From: Azolla caroliniana
Lineage: Eukaryota > Plantae > Polypodiophyta
Reading direction: 5' to 3'
DNA length: 64,000 nt
Assembly: GCA_043228905.1 (NCBI GenBank)
Contig: JBHGNT010000013.1
Coordinates: forward strand, 15,810,001 to 15,874,000
Position numbers and translations under genes: made by a program. The notes under the pieces were generated by a model. That model was not told where the DNA came from. It worked only from the letters and a program-made list of their open reading frames with translations, and searched no databases. Shown one piece after another: positions 1 through 13,845 of this stretch (positions are counted from its first letter, which is position 1; each line of letters begins with the position of its first letter).

Positions 1-104
1 TTCATGTTGAAATCATGTAATAGAGATTTTTTTTTCATGATGAACATGAATATAAGTAATGAGTGTTCAATATATGTCTGTAAAATGTGGCACTGTCATT
101 GCAG

Positions 105-3100
105 GCATCAATATGTACAACCTTTGGGAGCAGACGGACTGATCTATGTCATCTATGTTTTTTGAGCTTCTACAGCCAGTCGTCATTACTTCACACAGCA
201 CAGAGACTCCAATTTTCACTTATACCAAATTCATCAAGACTGAATTCAATAGGAGCTCATTATGTACATAGGCGAAGATATCAGATTAGATCCTCTGGTG
301 CTGAAGGTAAGGATTCTACTCAAATTCTGAATCCTACCTCAGAGAAAAATGGTGCTGTTCCAAAGAATGCAGAAGACTCTGGAATTGAAAATGGAGCTCC
401 AACTGAAGAAGAATATCCATCTGGAGTTTTGCAGTATAAGCTGAAAGATGGCTGGGATATGTTTGTAATGCGGTTGAAGTTACTAATTACTGTGCCATGG
501 CAAAGGGTCAAAAAGGGCAGTGTCTTAAAATTAAAGCTTTCAGGAAAGGCAAGTTTAAATTCTTACTGCAATGTAGAAGAATGGAGAGCCAGATCATGAC
601 TAATAGTGTACTAAGAATGAAAATGAAATTTATATCAGATTACAGAGCAGTTCCAGGGACGGTTCTCATCTGGATTGTCGCTACCACAAGTATGCCAGAA
701 TCTGTATAAAGCAGCATATGATCCCAGAGTTTCAGGTGTGTTTTTGCAGATTGAACCGCTTGATTGTGGCTGGGGCAAGATAGAGGAACTCCGTCGGCAT
801 ATTCTTTTCTTCAAAAAATCTGGTCAGTGTATATATTTGTATGTCCAAACTCAACTGAAAACTTGCTTAACAAGACCTTTGTGATATTGTTTATAACTGA
901 GCATCCAGAGAGCTAGAATTATCTTCATATACAGTATTTGGAGTCACCATTGGTGAGAGCATCAATAAATTAGTATCTTAACATTTGATTATATGCAGGA
1001 AAGTTCATCATCAGCTATCTGAGCGTTGGCGGTGAGAAAGAATATTACCTGGCACGTACATGTGAAGAATTGTACGTGCCACCTGGAGCGTACATAACTC
1101 TTTATGGTTTAAAAGTTCAAGCTACCTTTCTTGGAGGTTAGATTCTGTTAGAAACTGTAAATACATGTGTTCCCTGTCTTTTTCATGAAATGCGAGGAGG
1201 AAGCTGCCTTTTTTCTATGGATTTTGCCTAACACCCTCTATGTATGTTGTGTATGATGTTTCCATATATTTTGTTCTGTGGATCTTTTCCTTAGATTGAA
1301 AATTGCGACGAAAATGTTTCTTTCCCTGCAAGTGGTTAATGTTAGGGTCGTGATGGTAATAACTTCAACTATATCTAGGAGGCAGCAACAGCTTCCCAAA
1401 CCGGTTTGAGCTTGGTTTGGCAAGGCTCAAGCCGAACCAAACCATTTTGGGCTAAATGGGTTCCCAAACAGGTTAAGGCTTAATTTGTTTAGCCAAACCA
1501 GTTCCTAGATGGTTTAGGAACCCGTTTGGTTCAGGTTTGAAAACTTCCAAACGGGTTAAGTTTTAACCGGTTTGGTTTGGAAAAGGCCAAACCGGTTAAG
1601 CCGAAACTGAACCGTTGCCGATTCCTAGCTATATCTACTCTTATGGAAGGGAAAAATAACATATCTAATGGTTGTAGGATGAAGCTTAAATCTGGTGATG
1701 GCATTTGAATGTAAATGTGATGAATCCTGCCAATCTTCCAATCGACTCAAATTCTATTTATATAGGTGTCCTCGAGAAGGTGGGTGTGCAACCAGAGGTA
1801 GAACGCATCGGAAAGTACAAAAGTGCAGGTGATTTGATTTCTAGAAAGGATATGTCAGAGGCCAATCGGGAAATGCTCACTGCATTGCTGGATGACATAT
1901 ACCACAACTGGCTTGAAGAAATTGCTCAACTCAATGGTATTTTGTTTACTCAATTTTACTTCCAATCTTAAATCCAATAGTAGATCTATATTATACTAGT
2001 ATCTGTATCTGTATCATAGTTTGAGCTTTTCAACTAGGCAAATGCAAGGAAGATGTGGAGAACCTTCTCAATGAAGGCATTTTTGAGATAGAAAGATTGA
2101 AAGAAGGAGGCTGGATCACTGACATCAAATATAACGATGAGGTCAATATTTTTCAAGTTACATCATGTAACAAGTGGTCCTTGGTCTTTTTTTGGTTCCA
2201 TGTAATGGTGATACTTAGGATTTTGAGACTCTTTGGTTCTACATTGTATATCCTGTTTCCTTTCAGTAGCATAAATGGAGAGTGATAAATGTGTATTCAA
2301 AATTATTAAGAAGTGTAGACTCTTGTGCATCTCATGGACTTCCTTCTATATACCTTCTTTTTCAAGTTTTCTTCTCTGTTTACAGGTGGAAACATTGCTC
2401 AAAGATAGATTAAAATTGAAGGATGATAAGAAAATTTCTTTTATAGATAACAGGTACACAGTTGTAATAATTAAAAAATGATTGTTTTACAGTCATGCTG
2501 ATAAAATTCAGAAAAAAGTAATTTTCGAGATTAGATTATCTCTCAGCCTCAATTAGAATCTCATATGCTTCATTTGATTTTCTTTTTCATTTGATTTAGA
2601 AAATACTCAAGGGTAAAGTTTTGGACGTTAAATCTTTCTGGAAGCAAAAATCAAATTGCAATCTTGAGAGCAGTTGGAAGCATAAGTCGTACACGCGGAG
2701 GGATTAATGTTGGTGGAGATGGGATAGTTAGTGATCAATTCATCGAACAAATTCGGCGAGTACGAGGTCTCTTTTCTTTGGCTTTATATCTTATGTCATT
2801 TGTGTACTCTAGGCAGCAGCAAGTAAATGTCATGCCTTTCATGCAGTGATGCTGGGAAAGAAAAGGTGAAAATGATTAATGTGTGACTTATTGATTGAAG
2901 TAAAACACATGCTATATTGGAAGTTTGGGTACTTTTCCTGATGTTATTGAAGCTTTATTTAGATAGTCATTCAAAACTTGCTCCAATGCTTCAATAAATT
3001 CCTTATAGTTACATCATGGGTTTTCCTTGACTATCTCTTACCTCAGGCTTTAGTTAATATGTGTAGTAGTAAAAAAAGAAACTTCCCTTTACAGCATAAT

Positions 3101-5982
3101 CTTATGTTCTCCAAATTTCAATACCTTGTTTATTTATTGCACATTCAATAGTCTTCCCCAATGTTTCTGTGCTAAAAAATCCACACATTTGCCTACTGAG
3201 AGGTGACATGCACTGCTAAAAAAAATCAGTTGTGACAAATCCCAGTGATGGGAACAGGAATGGCTCTACCAGAATGTCAGTGAAGTGTACATACATGTAA
3301 AAGGTTCGGGCAAGATTTCAACTCACACACCTTCCTAGCATGCCTTTCAAATCAGTAAAATTTGATGCTGGAAAATACCATGAAAATATTTCAGTTTCTG
3401 GAGAAAACTCTCTTCTAGTACATCCACATGAAGATGGGGTGACATTAGGATATGTATAGCCTGTGTTTTCCTTAGTTGCAGCTTAGTTTGTATGTGAGTC
3501 TAAATCTACTAGAGTTTTGATCTTTTCCAGATGCGAAGAACTTCAAAGCTGTCATTTTACGCATTGATAGCCCAGGAGGGGATGCCTTAGCTTCAGATCT
3601 GTATGTATCTATTCCTTTGTAGCACCTCTAAGGCTGGAACAAGCCATTTTCTATGTAAATGCATTATTATTAGTCATGTATTAAGTTAATGTTATGGGAC
3701 AGAAACGAATATTAAGAATCTATGTGAGATTCATTCATTCTGCAACTATAATATGTCTTCTTTGTCTATACAATCCCCCCTCTCATCAGTAAACTCTACT
3801 ATTTTCTTTATAGACAGTGGGAAAATCCATTTTTCGAGGCTTAACTTCAATCTCAGTAAAATTGAATTGTTTAGGCACAATCACTCATGGAACAGCATAC
3901 CTATATGTTGCACATTCTTCTGTATGGCCTATTTGGAAGGCAAGAATCAGAGTCATTAGATTAGAATTCTTTCCTGGATGTTCTTCAGCATTGACTGAGA
4001 CAGTAGTACAATGCAGATTAGTTTTTTGAAATGAAATGATGTTGTATTTTGTGAGAATATCCATATAAATAGTTTTTGCATAAGAATGCGCCTTCTTACC
4101 CAGGAAGCTTGAAAATCATTCTTAATTGGATGTAGATATATTTTTCTAGAAAGTTAAGTCTAATCATTGAATTCTACCACGCGCACAGAATTATGTACCC
4201 ATCTTAGCCCAGGACAATCACCATAATCAGATCATAGATGATGCATAAGAGAGTAGTATTAAAATCAAACAAACACTGCATGCATAACTAGAAACGGTCA
4301 ATCATTTGAAACTAGTTCAAGAGTTTGGCCAACATATTTAGAAGTAAAGACTTACACTTGGTGGCAGCCAAAGGTCATGATCTCACCAAAAAGCCTAACA
4401 ACTTAGCTCAGTAAAAGGAAAGATAATAAGCTGACCAACAAATACATGTTTTAAATATAGTCGTAAAAGAGTTTCATTTGCGAGATCAACTTTCGCCTTC
4501 TTCATTGATTACGTGACTGAATTTTTGCTGCAGGATGTGGAGAGAATTAAGACTGCTAGCTGAAAAGAAACCTCTAATTGCATCGATGGTTGATGTTGCT
4601 GCAAGTGGTGGATACTATATGGCTATGGCAGCTGGTGCAATTGTTGCAGAGGAACTTACCCTTACAGGATCAATTGGCGTAGTGACAGGTTGCAATGCAT
4701 CCTCAACATTACATATAACTCTTAAATTTATGTCTCCAACGATATTTCGAACCTGAATAGTGTACCTCATTTGACAGGAAGATTTAGCCTTGAGAAACTG
4801 TATGAGAAAGTAGGCTACACGAAGGAAGTTATTTCCAGAGGGAAATATTCAGAACTCGATTCAGAACAGCGTCCGCTGAGGTTGTATGATGATCTTTGGT
4901 GCACGAAATATATATTGCCATTGTTACTTTTGTCTATTGTGCTAGCATTGTCTGTCCATCATAAAGCCATTCTTCTAAATGTGATGCCATTGTTACTTTT
5001 GTCTATTGTGTTAGCATTGTCTTTCAATCATAAAGCCATGTTTATAAATGTGATGCACAGGGAAACTTTTTCTCAGCCGACAATTGTAAAAATATGTAAC
5101 TAAAAGGAATTGAGAAAACAAGGAACATTTGTGCAGGCCTGATGAAAAGGATTTTTTTGCCAAATCCGCACAGGGTGCCTACAAGAGGTTCAGAGATAAA
5201 GCTGCCCTTTCACGGTCAATGGAGGTTTGTAGCTCTTGCAGTTCTGGTGGACTGAATTTGTATTTGTAATATTATATGTGGCAAGGTGTGAGGATATGTG
5301 CCAACTTGGCTATCTTTAGTTGAGATTAATGTAGAAATTCAGATTTAGGATTAGGATTAACGTCTATGCCAAGGTTAAGGGCAATTGGAATCTCATCTGT
5401 ATTTGACGGATTTAAGAAGTAAAGAAACTTATGCGATTGAGCACTAAAGGCTTTTTTATATGTTTGGTCACAAACATAGATTGAGAAAATGGAAGAGGTG
5501 GCCCAAGGGCGAGTATGGACGGGGAAAGCTGCAAAAGAAAGAGGCTTAGTTGATACGCTTGGTGGGATTTCCAAAGCAGTGGCAATAGCCAAACAGAAAG
5601 CTGGCATACCTCAGGATACACAAGTAATTTGTTTTCAAATGATACTTCCTGTGCTAAGATGTTTACTCCTTGCTTACATTGCATAGAAATGGAGCAGGTA
5701 TCAATGGTCGAGCTATCAAGACGGCCGGTCTCGTTCCAAGATGTTTTAAGAAGCGGTGTGACAGCGGTATCTTCTGTGGCTAGATTATTGACTACAGAGG
5801 GGAGATATGAGGTATTTCAAGAACTAGTTCAGCAGAAGGTGCTGCCAGATGATGTATATTCACAAGGGATCCAGGCTCGAATGGAAAATGTGATCATTGA
5901 AGGCTCAAAAGGTGACTACCAATCACTGTTGGTGATTTCAAATATGCTCGAGAAGTTTTTTGCTCCTCAAGAGGGTGTATGA
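105..5982 (+). CDS. SPPA: Plastid signal peptide peptidase A (protease IV, S49 family); multi-exon, first exon probably upstream of the window
   Basis: Exon peptides assemble into plant SPPA: PWQRVKKGSVL, SGLSLPQ..KAAYDPRVSGVFLQIEPLDCGWGKIEELRRHI, RIGKYKSAGD, RIDSPGGDALASDL, SMVDVAASGGYYMAM, TLTGSIGVVTG, MEEVAQGRVWTGKAAKERGLVDTLGG. Splice sites seen at e.g. 548/639, 3530/3600, 4533/4688, 5479/5622 and 5697. Stop at 5980-5982. Confidence 0.95.
1376..1627. mobile_element. hAT-type MITE in an SPPA intron
   Basis: Starts TAGGAGGCAGCAAC and ends GTTGCCGATTCCTA (imperfect TIRs). 8-bp flanks ACTATATC (1368-1375) and GCTATATC (1628-1635) match at 7/8 as a TSD. Interior is packed with AACCG/CGGTT/AAACC motifs typical of hAT subterminal regions. 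Confidence 0.8.
4916..5055 (+). repeat. ~69-bp tandem duplication in an SPPA intron
   Basis: TGCCATTGTTACTTTTGTCTATTGTG..TAGCATTGTCT..ATCATAAAGCCAT..TAAATGTGA occurs twice head-to-tail. Confidence 0.85.
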
Positions 5983-8876
5983 GTCTCTGGTTGTGATGTT
6001 TCTCCAAATCTAAAGATCTTTCGGCATCCTTATTCTTTTGCTCCTGAAGCAATTTATTTTACTGATTAACTGTATATTTGTTCGCAAAGACTGCTCATGG
6101 TCTTTGCAAAAAATGTGAGATGATTTAAGATGCATATAGCTTTGTAAATATATTATGATCCTTCTATTATTGAAGCATGCCTCTCTTATTACCTGGTTCC
6201 AATTTGTCCAATCAATAGATGAGATATTACATTAAACCAGCCTAATGGATTATCATTGAAGCTTCATTCAAACATTTTGCATAGATTCAGCTTGACATAA
6301 GGCTCATTGAAGCTTAAACAAGTGGAACTATGAAGTTTACAAATAACTGAATGCGTTTTTGTGAGTATTTGGAAACCTCTTTTGGGGTCCAGCCTGAGTT
6401 TCGGAACCAGTATGTTCATTTAATGTCTGGTGCGTCAGCGGGAATTGGAAACTATCTGGAGGATGCCATCCATAGGTTATGATATCTGTATCATTTAGAG
6501 ATTTATAGCTATCAATCATTAAGAGAAATAATGCTATACCAGAATGGCTGGTTCTATAAAAGCATTTATACATCCAGATCTATGCTTAAATAATCATAGA
6601 AGTTGTTATGTCTACAAAGTGCAAATTATGGATCAACAACTCTTGCTAAAAGGTTAAAAGTATACAAACATACATTACAAAAGCTTGTTTAATTGGGGAA
6701 ACTGTATGCGAAAGATGTTCTTGAGTTTGCTTGCTATGTGATGAAGAGAGATAGAGAAGAGAAGAGGAAGATGAAGGAATGTTATATTAGACCATTAAGA
6801 GAACAATACAAGCTTCTTAGACTCAAACAAAAAACTCAACTATGTAGACCTTTTTTATTTTTATGATTATAAACAAAAAATAAATAGACTTTCCTTCTTC
6901 CCTCCTATTAAGACTCTTCTAACTTATTGTGGAACTTCTATCCTTCTTGCTCCCCTTGGCTAAGAATATCCTCCTATGTATAGGTTTTAGTTGCATTACT
7001 CATGTTTTTTAAAAATATACTCGAGTCTATATGAGGCGTTTTTATTTTTATCACTATTTCTCCTTTATACTCCCAAATTTGTCATATATAAGATATTTTT
7101 GGAAAGATCTCGCAATCAACTTTTTTATAAATCTTTTCTTTTGAAATTTGGATATCAATGAAAAAGTTATTAACTTTTTTTCTTTACCTAAATCTTCATA
7201 TCCACGTCTTGCTTTTTTTTTTGCTTTTTTACTTTTGAAAAACGCCTATAACTTCATATCCCTTCAAGTTCCTTCCTTCTTTGATACTTGAACCTTTCAT
7301 ATCGAGCTTTATTCCTAGACATCTTAGCATCCAACATATTTGCAACAGTCTTTTCTTATGAAACAAAAACTGACTTCACACTATGAAGCACTTGAATCAC
7401 TACGTAAATAAAATTTTGAGGCAATTCTTGAAATTTTCTTCAACTAGACTAACGTGATTTCTCTTATATTAGTTTGCTCAAAGGCATGACTCTCCATCTA
7501 GGCTTGAGGTCATCAAGTCATTTCACCACAAGGGAAAAGATGATAAGCCCAAGTATTTTGATAATATATTGAGGTAAATTTTCTAGTTTCTAGATGGAAC
7601 AAATAAAAATATTATAGTCTAAATAACAATGTGACTTTATGTTGATGTCATTTTCTCTGGCTACTTGCAATGGGCAATTTCTTGAAACCTACCTAAAATA
7701 GATGCCAAACCATGATTGACACTACTAGTTGTAGCCACTTGACTCTTAGTATTTTCCATTTGTGTAGGTTTAAATGTTCACATTGTGCATTGTGGATTCT
7801 TATGTAAAGAGCAGATCAACATGTAGAGCGAGTGAATATGCTGCTCGTCATGTGTTCATGTGCGTGAAAAGAATTAGATATCCTAGAAGTTGTATATCAA
7901 GTTTGTTAGCATGATGATAAATATCCCATGAATTGATACTATTTTCCATCTACATTTAAACATAATATTAATGTTTTGAGTTTAAAATAATGAAAACCAA
8001 ACCTAAAACATCCATACGAGAAACAGTAAGTTATTTCATGCCAGCAAAAGGCATGGAGCAAAGGTTACAGCAACAACAAAAATGATGGAAAACTGGGATA
8101 TTCTAGGTTTCAAATAGAAATTAATGTAGAAAACCCATGAGCGAATAACCTAAAGGATAATGGTGGCAAATAGACAAAACATATCCAAAGAGTCAGGGAT
8201 CTAATGGTTAACTTTACTTCTCTTTCTCAAACTTAATACATGAAAGTAAGCTAAAGGCTGATGAAATTGAGCACCTCATAAATTTGGCAAGCCTCATGCG
8301 CCACAACTAGTATAATTTCATTACAAATATTGTGTTTGTGATAGATAAGTCAACAAAGATAAATACTCAATTGCTTGTCTAGATGGAAAACCTGTCGTAT
8401 ATATTAAAAAGTATAATATCATTTGTACATTTTTATGCCTAATAAACAGTCAAACCTCGGCATCTTTGATGGAGTCGAGCAATAGTGTTGCTTACAATGC
8501 TAAATCAATTTCATAACACTCTTGATATTACATCTCTGTAGGTGGTTATTTGCAAACATTGTACAAACACCTCTTCCTCTACAAATGCCGTACCAATCCC
8601 TTTTAGGGGGTGGCAAAAATTGTATATTTTAAATCCAGCAATTCAATCTTGAATAAGATAACTTCACTTTCACACTGCCACACCATGAAAATAATTTTCT
8701 CTATTTCCTTGCTTTCTTTAAATTTTTTGATCTGCATAAATCAGTAAAAGAAAATTTAAGCTATTTCTCTCACTTGTTTTTGAGCTGCACACATTGACAT
8801 TAACATCTAGATGTTACTTGATTCTATCATTGAGTTGGAATATTTTAGATTAGAATGTTACATGAAAAATGATGAC

Positions 8877-11800
8877 TTACTTTTCCTCACTAATCTCATC
8901 ATCAATATCTGGAAATGGAACCTTCCAATAGTTCCATGAATTGAACTCCTCCTTCAGATTCGAACACATGAAAAGAAAGTCATCAATATCTTCAACACTA
9001 AATCGTAAATTTGGATATCCCAACTCTTCACATAAATATACCTGTTCATGTGAGGAAAAAGGAGGAAACATATCATCGACTAATGCATGAAGAGAGGTAT
9101 ACGACTTGCAATCAACACGATTGTTAACCACCACTTCGCCCTGAATTGCAAAAATGCTTTAAGTTTTGGAAATTAATTATTATTTCCAAGAGTAATTCTG
9201 TTGTCAAAAACAAATGCAGAACCTTTGGATTGATGATGAAAATCTTGCCCTTAGGAATTCCTACTTTCAGATAGCTTATCTCATCTGTTATTCTGTTACC
9301 AAATCCTGCATAGAATGGATTTACATCTCTGGGGAATAAATCTCGGATTGCCTGATAGGCATAGGAGAAGAAAAAGTAAATTGTTAACTCCACTAGGCAA
9401 TGAGAGCATATTAAGAAAATGCAAGATATACAACATTTGTAGTACCTCTAAACATGATATTTTGAACTCATGAGGAGCCCTCCTGATAACTGAAATGTCA
9501 AAAAATAAAAGAGTTAATAAGAAGTTTCTGCAATGGAATTATCCAATTAGCAGGCAAACCCACTAAACAATACTGAGGTATATAGACACATATCTAGCGT
9601 AAAGAGCCATAACTGTTCAATGTGCATGAAGTAAAACTGTATACCCTGGGTCATAACTAAGCTCTATAAAGTCGAAAATTTGATTTATTGATTACAAACG
9701 TTGAAGCCAGGAATAATGAACCCTAATATGCAAGTAAAAGGTTAGCCATAAGCTTGAATAATATGACAGTGAAGAAAACCCAGTTTATTGGTTTTACTAA
9801 AAGCTTACATCTATTCTTGTAGCATCAAAAATCTTTTAAGCTAATCTAAAGTTGAAGATCTTACAGTTTCTCTGGTTTAAAAATTGACTATGCATGTGGA
9901 TGCATGCTGTTCTTCTACCTATTTTGCATATTTCTGTTTTGGGTATTCTTTATTTACTAATTTATGTCGCAACTAAACTGAAGTGGATAGACTAGATCAG
10001 AGATACGTGGATCAGCACTTCCCAAAGAAAGCACCATTTCGATGGACATTTAAAACTATGATGAAGAAATACAAACATAGAAAACTAAGATAATATTTGA
10101 CAATCTTCATGTTTATTTTCTCACATACATTGACATCAACTTGAATTTATGTCTCAACAGATTAACTCTTGAAATTGTAACAATGAATAATTTGTATTCC
10201 TTTTTTGGAAATTTAGTTTTTGCAGAGTCAGTTACTTTAGTTTCAATTCATGTTCACTAATTATTTAATGAACTTACCTTCTCGGTAAAGAGAAGGGAGG
10301 AGTCCATCAGGAGAAATAAAAACAGGACCTTCAGGAAGTGCTTCCCCATCCTTCAAACAAAGTTCAAGCAAGTCATGCTCATAAAATTTATCTTTACAAA
10401 AACAATTAAAGAATTAATAATCAAGACAATATCTAACCTGTTTCAAATTCAGGAGAAACTTCCGGGTAAGATAAGCTTGTGTTATAGCACGGGCACTCAA
10501 AAAGAGCACTTCAAATCCATTATCCTATAAAGGTAGCTTTCGTGTTAGACAAATGGTTTCCAGCAGAAAAGCTACTACTTGGCAGCATGGGGTCAACCAA
10601 AATAGAAACTTATATTAATTCCATTTCAATCTTTTATCACATCAGTAGAGTTTCTAATTAACATTCAGAGAACCTGGATCTCACGCCCTTAAGGTTCGCC
10701 TTAGTATAAACAGTAGTGATACTGAATGTTTTAAGTTATAAAGGGATTAATCTTTTCCACCAATAAAAGAGAGGCATAGAAATTCTTTGAAATTGCTGCA
10801 ATGATCTCTTTAAGCAAGTTACACAACAGTTTATTCCATGTAGACGACGAAGCCTTTTTGGAATAACCTAATAATTTCAAGAGATTTATACAAAGAAAAG
10901 TACTACAAGAATCTTTCACAATGCATTTCTGAATGTAGAGGTTTTATCACAACTACATATCAAACTACTTGCCTTGATTGCAGAAAAGAGACGAGTTACC
11001 CCACATTGGCTCCAATCTCTTCCAATAAGGGGCATCACTTGCCCTAAAACATCTGATCTGAAAATAAATCATATTTACTTCACTGAAGTTGAAAGACCTT
11101 ACAATATTTAATAAACAGATTAGATATTTGTGCTAGAGCACATAAATAACTTACTTTGTAATTGTACCATCAACATCAGAAATCACAATGCGAGTGTTCC
11201 ATTTCCATAGGTATATTCTTGACTCCACCTGCAATTTTAATCACATATGATAAGATTAAAGCAATGAATTCATGCAGTAAATAAGAAAATCTTACAGGAA
11301 AACACCAACCTCTGTTTTACCCAGAACACTAGAGAATACAAAAGTAACCTTATTGGGACCATCATTAAGTTTCAGTGATGCAAGCTGTGAGGATGTCGGA
11401 ACATATGTACGAATTTTGGTTTTTTTAGACCATTTATAGTAGCCATTCTTTTGCAATGAATCTTCTGTGGGAGCTCTCATGCTTGTAGTAGCTAATAATG
11501 CATGATTTGAAACGTTGGAAGAGCTCTTCTCTGTCCTTGATCCCCTGAATGAAAGTGGCCACAAGTTCCACTTAGACAAAGAAGGTACACGAGAAACAAA
11601 CTTCTCTTCTTTTTCTTCTCTCTCTTCTGTTTCTTCTTTTTCAAAGTCATTGATTTCGACCACAGATTCATTCACTTTCCACGAGGACCCACTCTCTGAA
11701 TTTTTAGCATAATTGTCTGTGACTTGACTTCCATCAGCTTCTGTAGCATAGCCATTTTTCAGCTTTTTATGGTTTATAAACTCATCTGTTCGTAGATTCT

Positions 11801-12938
11801 CAACATTACATATTTCTCTTTCATCAAGCTTTATCTGGTCAAAACCATATGCAATTCTATCACCCATATCTGTCTCTGCTTGTGCTGATTCAAGCTTGAT
11901 TTTTAACTCAAGCGTTTGTCTCCCCAGCTCTACAAAGACTGTATCATGTCCCCTATCTATGATCATGTTATCATTAGCCAGTTCCACGGAATCTCCTCCA
12001 TCATTATCTGTTGCTTCTATCTTTAATTCTGAATGTGTTGCATACTTTAAATTTGACATATCCGCTTGAATATCCACCGTGTTTATGTAACACGTACTGC
12101 ATACCAAATCTATATTAATATTTCCATCATTGTGCGTGCATATAGTTTCTATTCCCAAGTCTGTTGCATCCTCAGTTTTCTGACATTCTAAGAGTGATAG
12201 AGAATTGCCACTGAAGGAAATATCAGCAACATTGGAGCTATTATGGACTTCTTTGTTTTCTGTAATTATGCTTGCATTGTATGAGAGGCTATATTCAAGC
12301 CTATTTGAATAGTCAGTGTGACCATTTGGAATTGAATTTTCTGAACCATCATGATATGCTATGTCATCAGCTTTTTTCTGAGTTTCTTCAGAATCTACGT
12401 TCATCCTTTCATCATAAGTAAACACATTTGGAATTGAATTTTCTGAACCATCATGATAGGCTACGTCATCAACTTTTTTCTGAGTTTCTTCAGAATCTAC
12501 GTTCATCCTTTCATCATAAGTAAACACATTCGAAACTTCAAAGCTAGATTTTTTACTGATTATATTTCCCTCCACATAGACAGCCTCTTTGGAAGCAATC
12601 ACATCCGATGAGGATGAAGGTCTTAATGAATCTTCTTCAATATGGCTATTGATTTCTGGTGTCTCGACCTCTTTTTCAAAGTAAGCTTCACCATTGAAGT
12701 CAAGAGACATGTGGAAATTTGTGGGAACGTCATTGACAGAGATATTGACGACTTTTTCTCGACTCTTAAAAGCACCTTGGAAATCACCAAATTTTACATA
12801 CCAGGGAGAGCTTTTGAAGGATCCATCATTTTGCTCAACAACGATGATGTCAACGGCGCCACCAAAGGGTTGGAAAGGTCCACCCACTGCATATACTCCT
12901 TGTGTGAGGTAACTTCTGAGCATTCCGACTGCGAACAT
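8877..12938 (-). CDS. PAH: Lipin-family phosphatidate phosphatase (PAH1/PAH2-like), multi-exon
   Basis: N-LIP start [41 protein letters not shown] exons: [20 protein letters not shown]|SDVLGQ (catalytic DxDGT, ~11155-11228), [56 protein letters not shown] and EFNSWNYWK before the stop at 8877. Confidence 0.95.
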
Positions 12939-13794
12939 GTTGTTTCACTGCACAACATCAAACCCCCACTCCTCCCAACCAGAACAGGGATGAATTTTTT
13001 CCAAGTTGTGAGTTGCCTTAAGCTGAATATTTGGCTTGGTATATAAAAGGAATGAAATTCCCGAGATGACGAATCGATATATGCTTGAGCAAGATTTTCC
13101 GAGAAGGCAAGCAGCTATGGAATGAAATGATATATCGAAATAGACAATCGAACAAAATTCGCTGAGAAGATGAAGAGTTATCAAATGAAATTTGAGGAGA
13201 AGGTGGAGGTTGAAATATAGAACCAAATTTCCCAAGAAAGAGGGCCAATATATTTGAAACCAAATTTCCTGACAGAAGGCACTAAATTTTGCCAGGAAGA
13301 TGGATATTAATAAATCGAGCCTAATTTGCTGTTAAGACTGATAGTCATATATTTTGAATCAAATTCCTCAACAAGAACATTGGTCAATATGCATACATGT
13401 ACTTATTGAATAAAATAACCCGAGAAGACGGACCACTATATATGAACAAGCCAAATTACGCAATAGACACACTGATATCAAAATCGAGTGAAATATCCAA
13501 AGAACAACGATCAGAACACAGACCTTAGGATATCAGCGATCATGCAGAGCAGAGATCGATTGAACGATTGGTGCACTTGGATTCCTGCTGAGACAAATTT
13601 AGGGTTTTCGCAGATTTATTGATGGATGGATGGGTGGGTGGGTGGGTGTATGCATGCGTGGATGAATGGAGGAATATACTTATGAATGGATGAATGTAGG
13701 TATGGATGGATAAGTATAATAGAGATCGAGAATGGTTATAAAAGAAAGAGGAGACTGAATTAAGCTATGTGGGAAGCAGGGGCTTCTGTGAGTG

Positions 13795-13795
<1 letters not shown>

Positions 13796-13840
<45 letters not shown>
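13796..13840. repeat. (CT)n microsatellite upstream of PAH
   Basis: Uninterrupted CT dinucleotide run. Confidence 0.9.

Positions 13841-13845
<5 letters not shown>

Noticed and set aside
6337-6573. 78-aa minus-strand ORF downstream of SPPA
   Set aside because: No recognisable domain, and no partner exons could be assembled.
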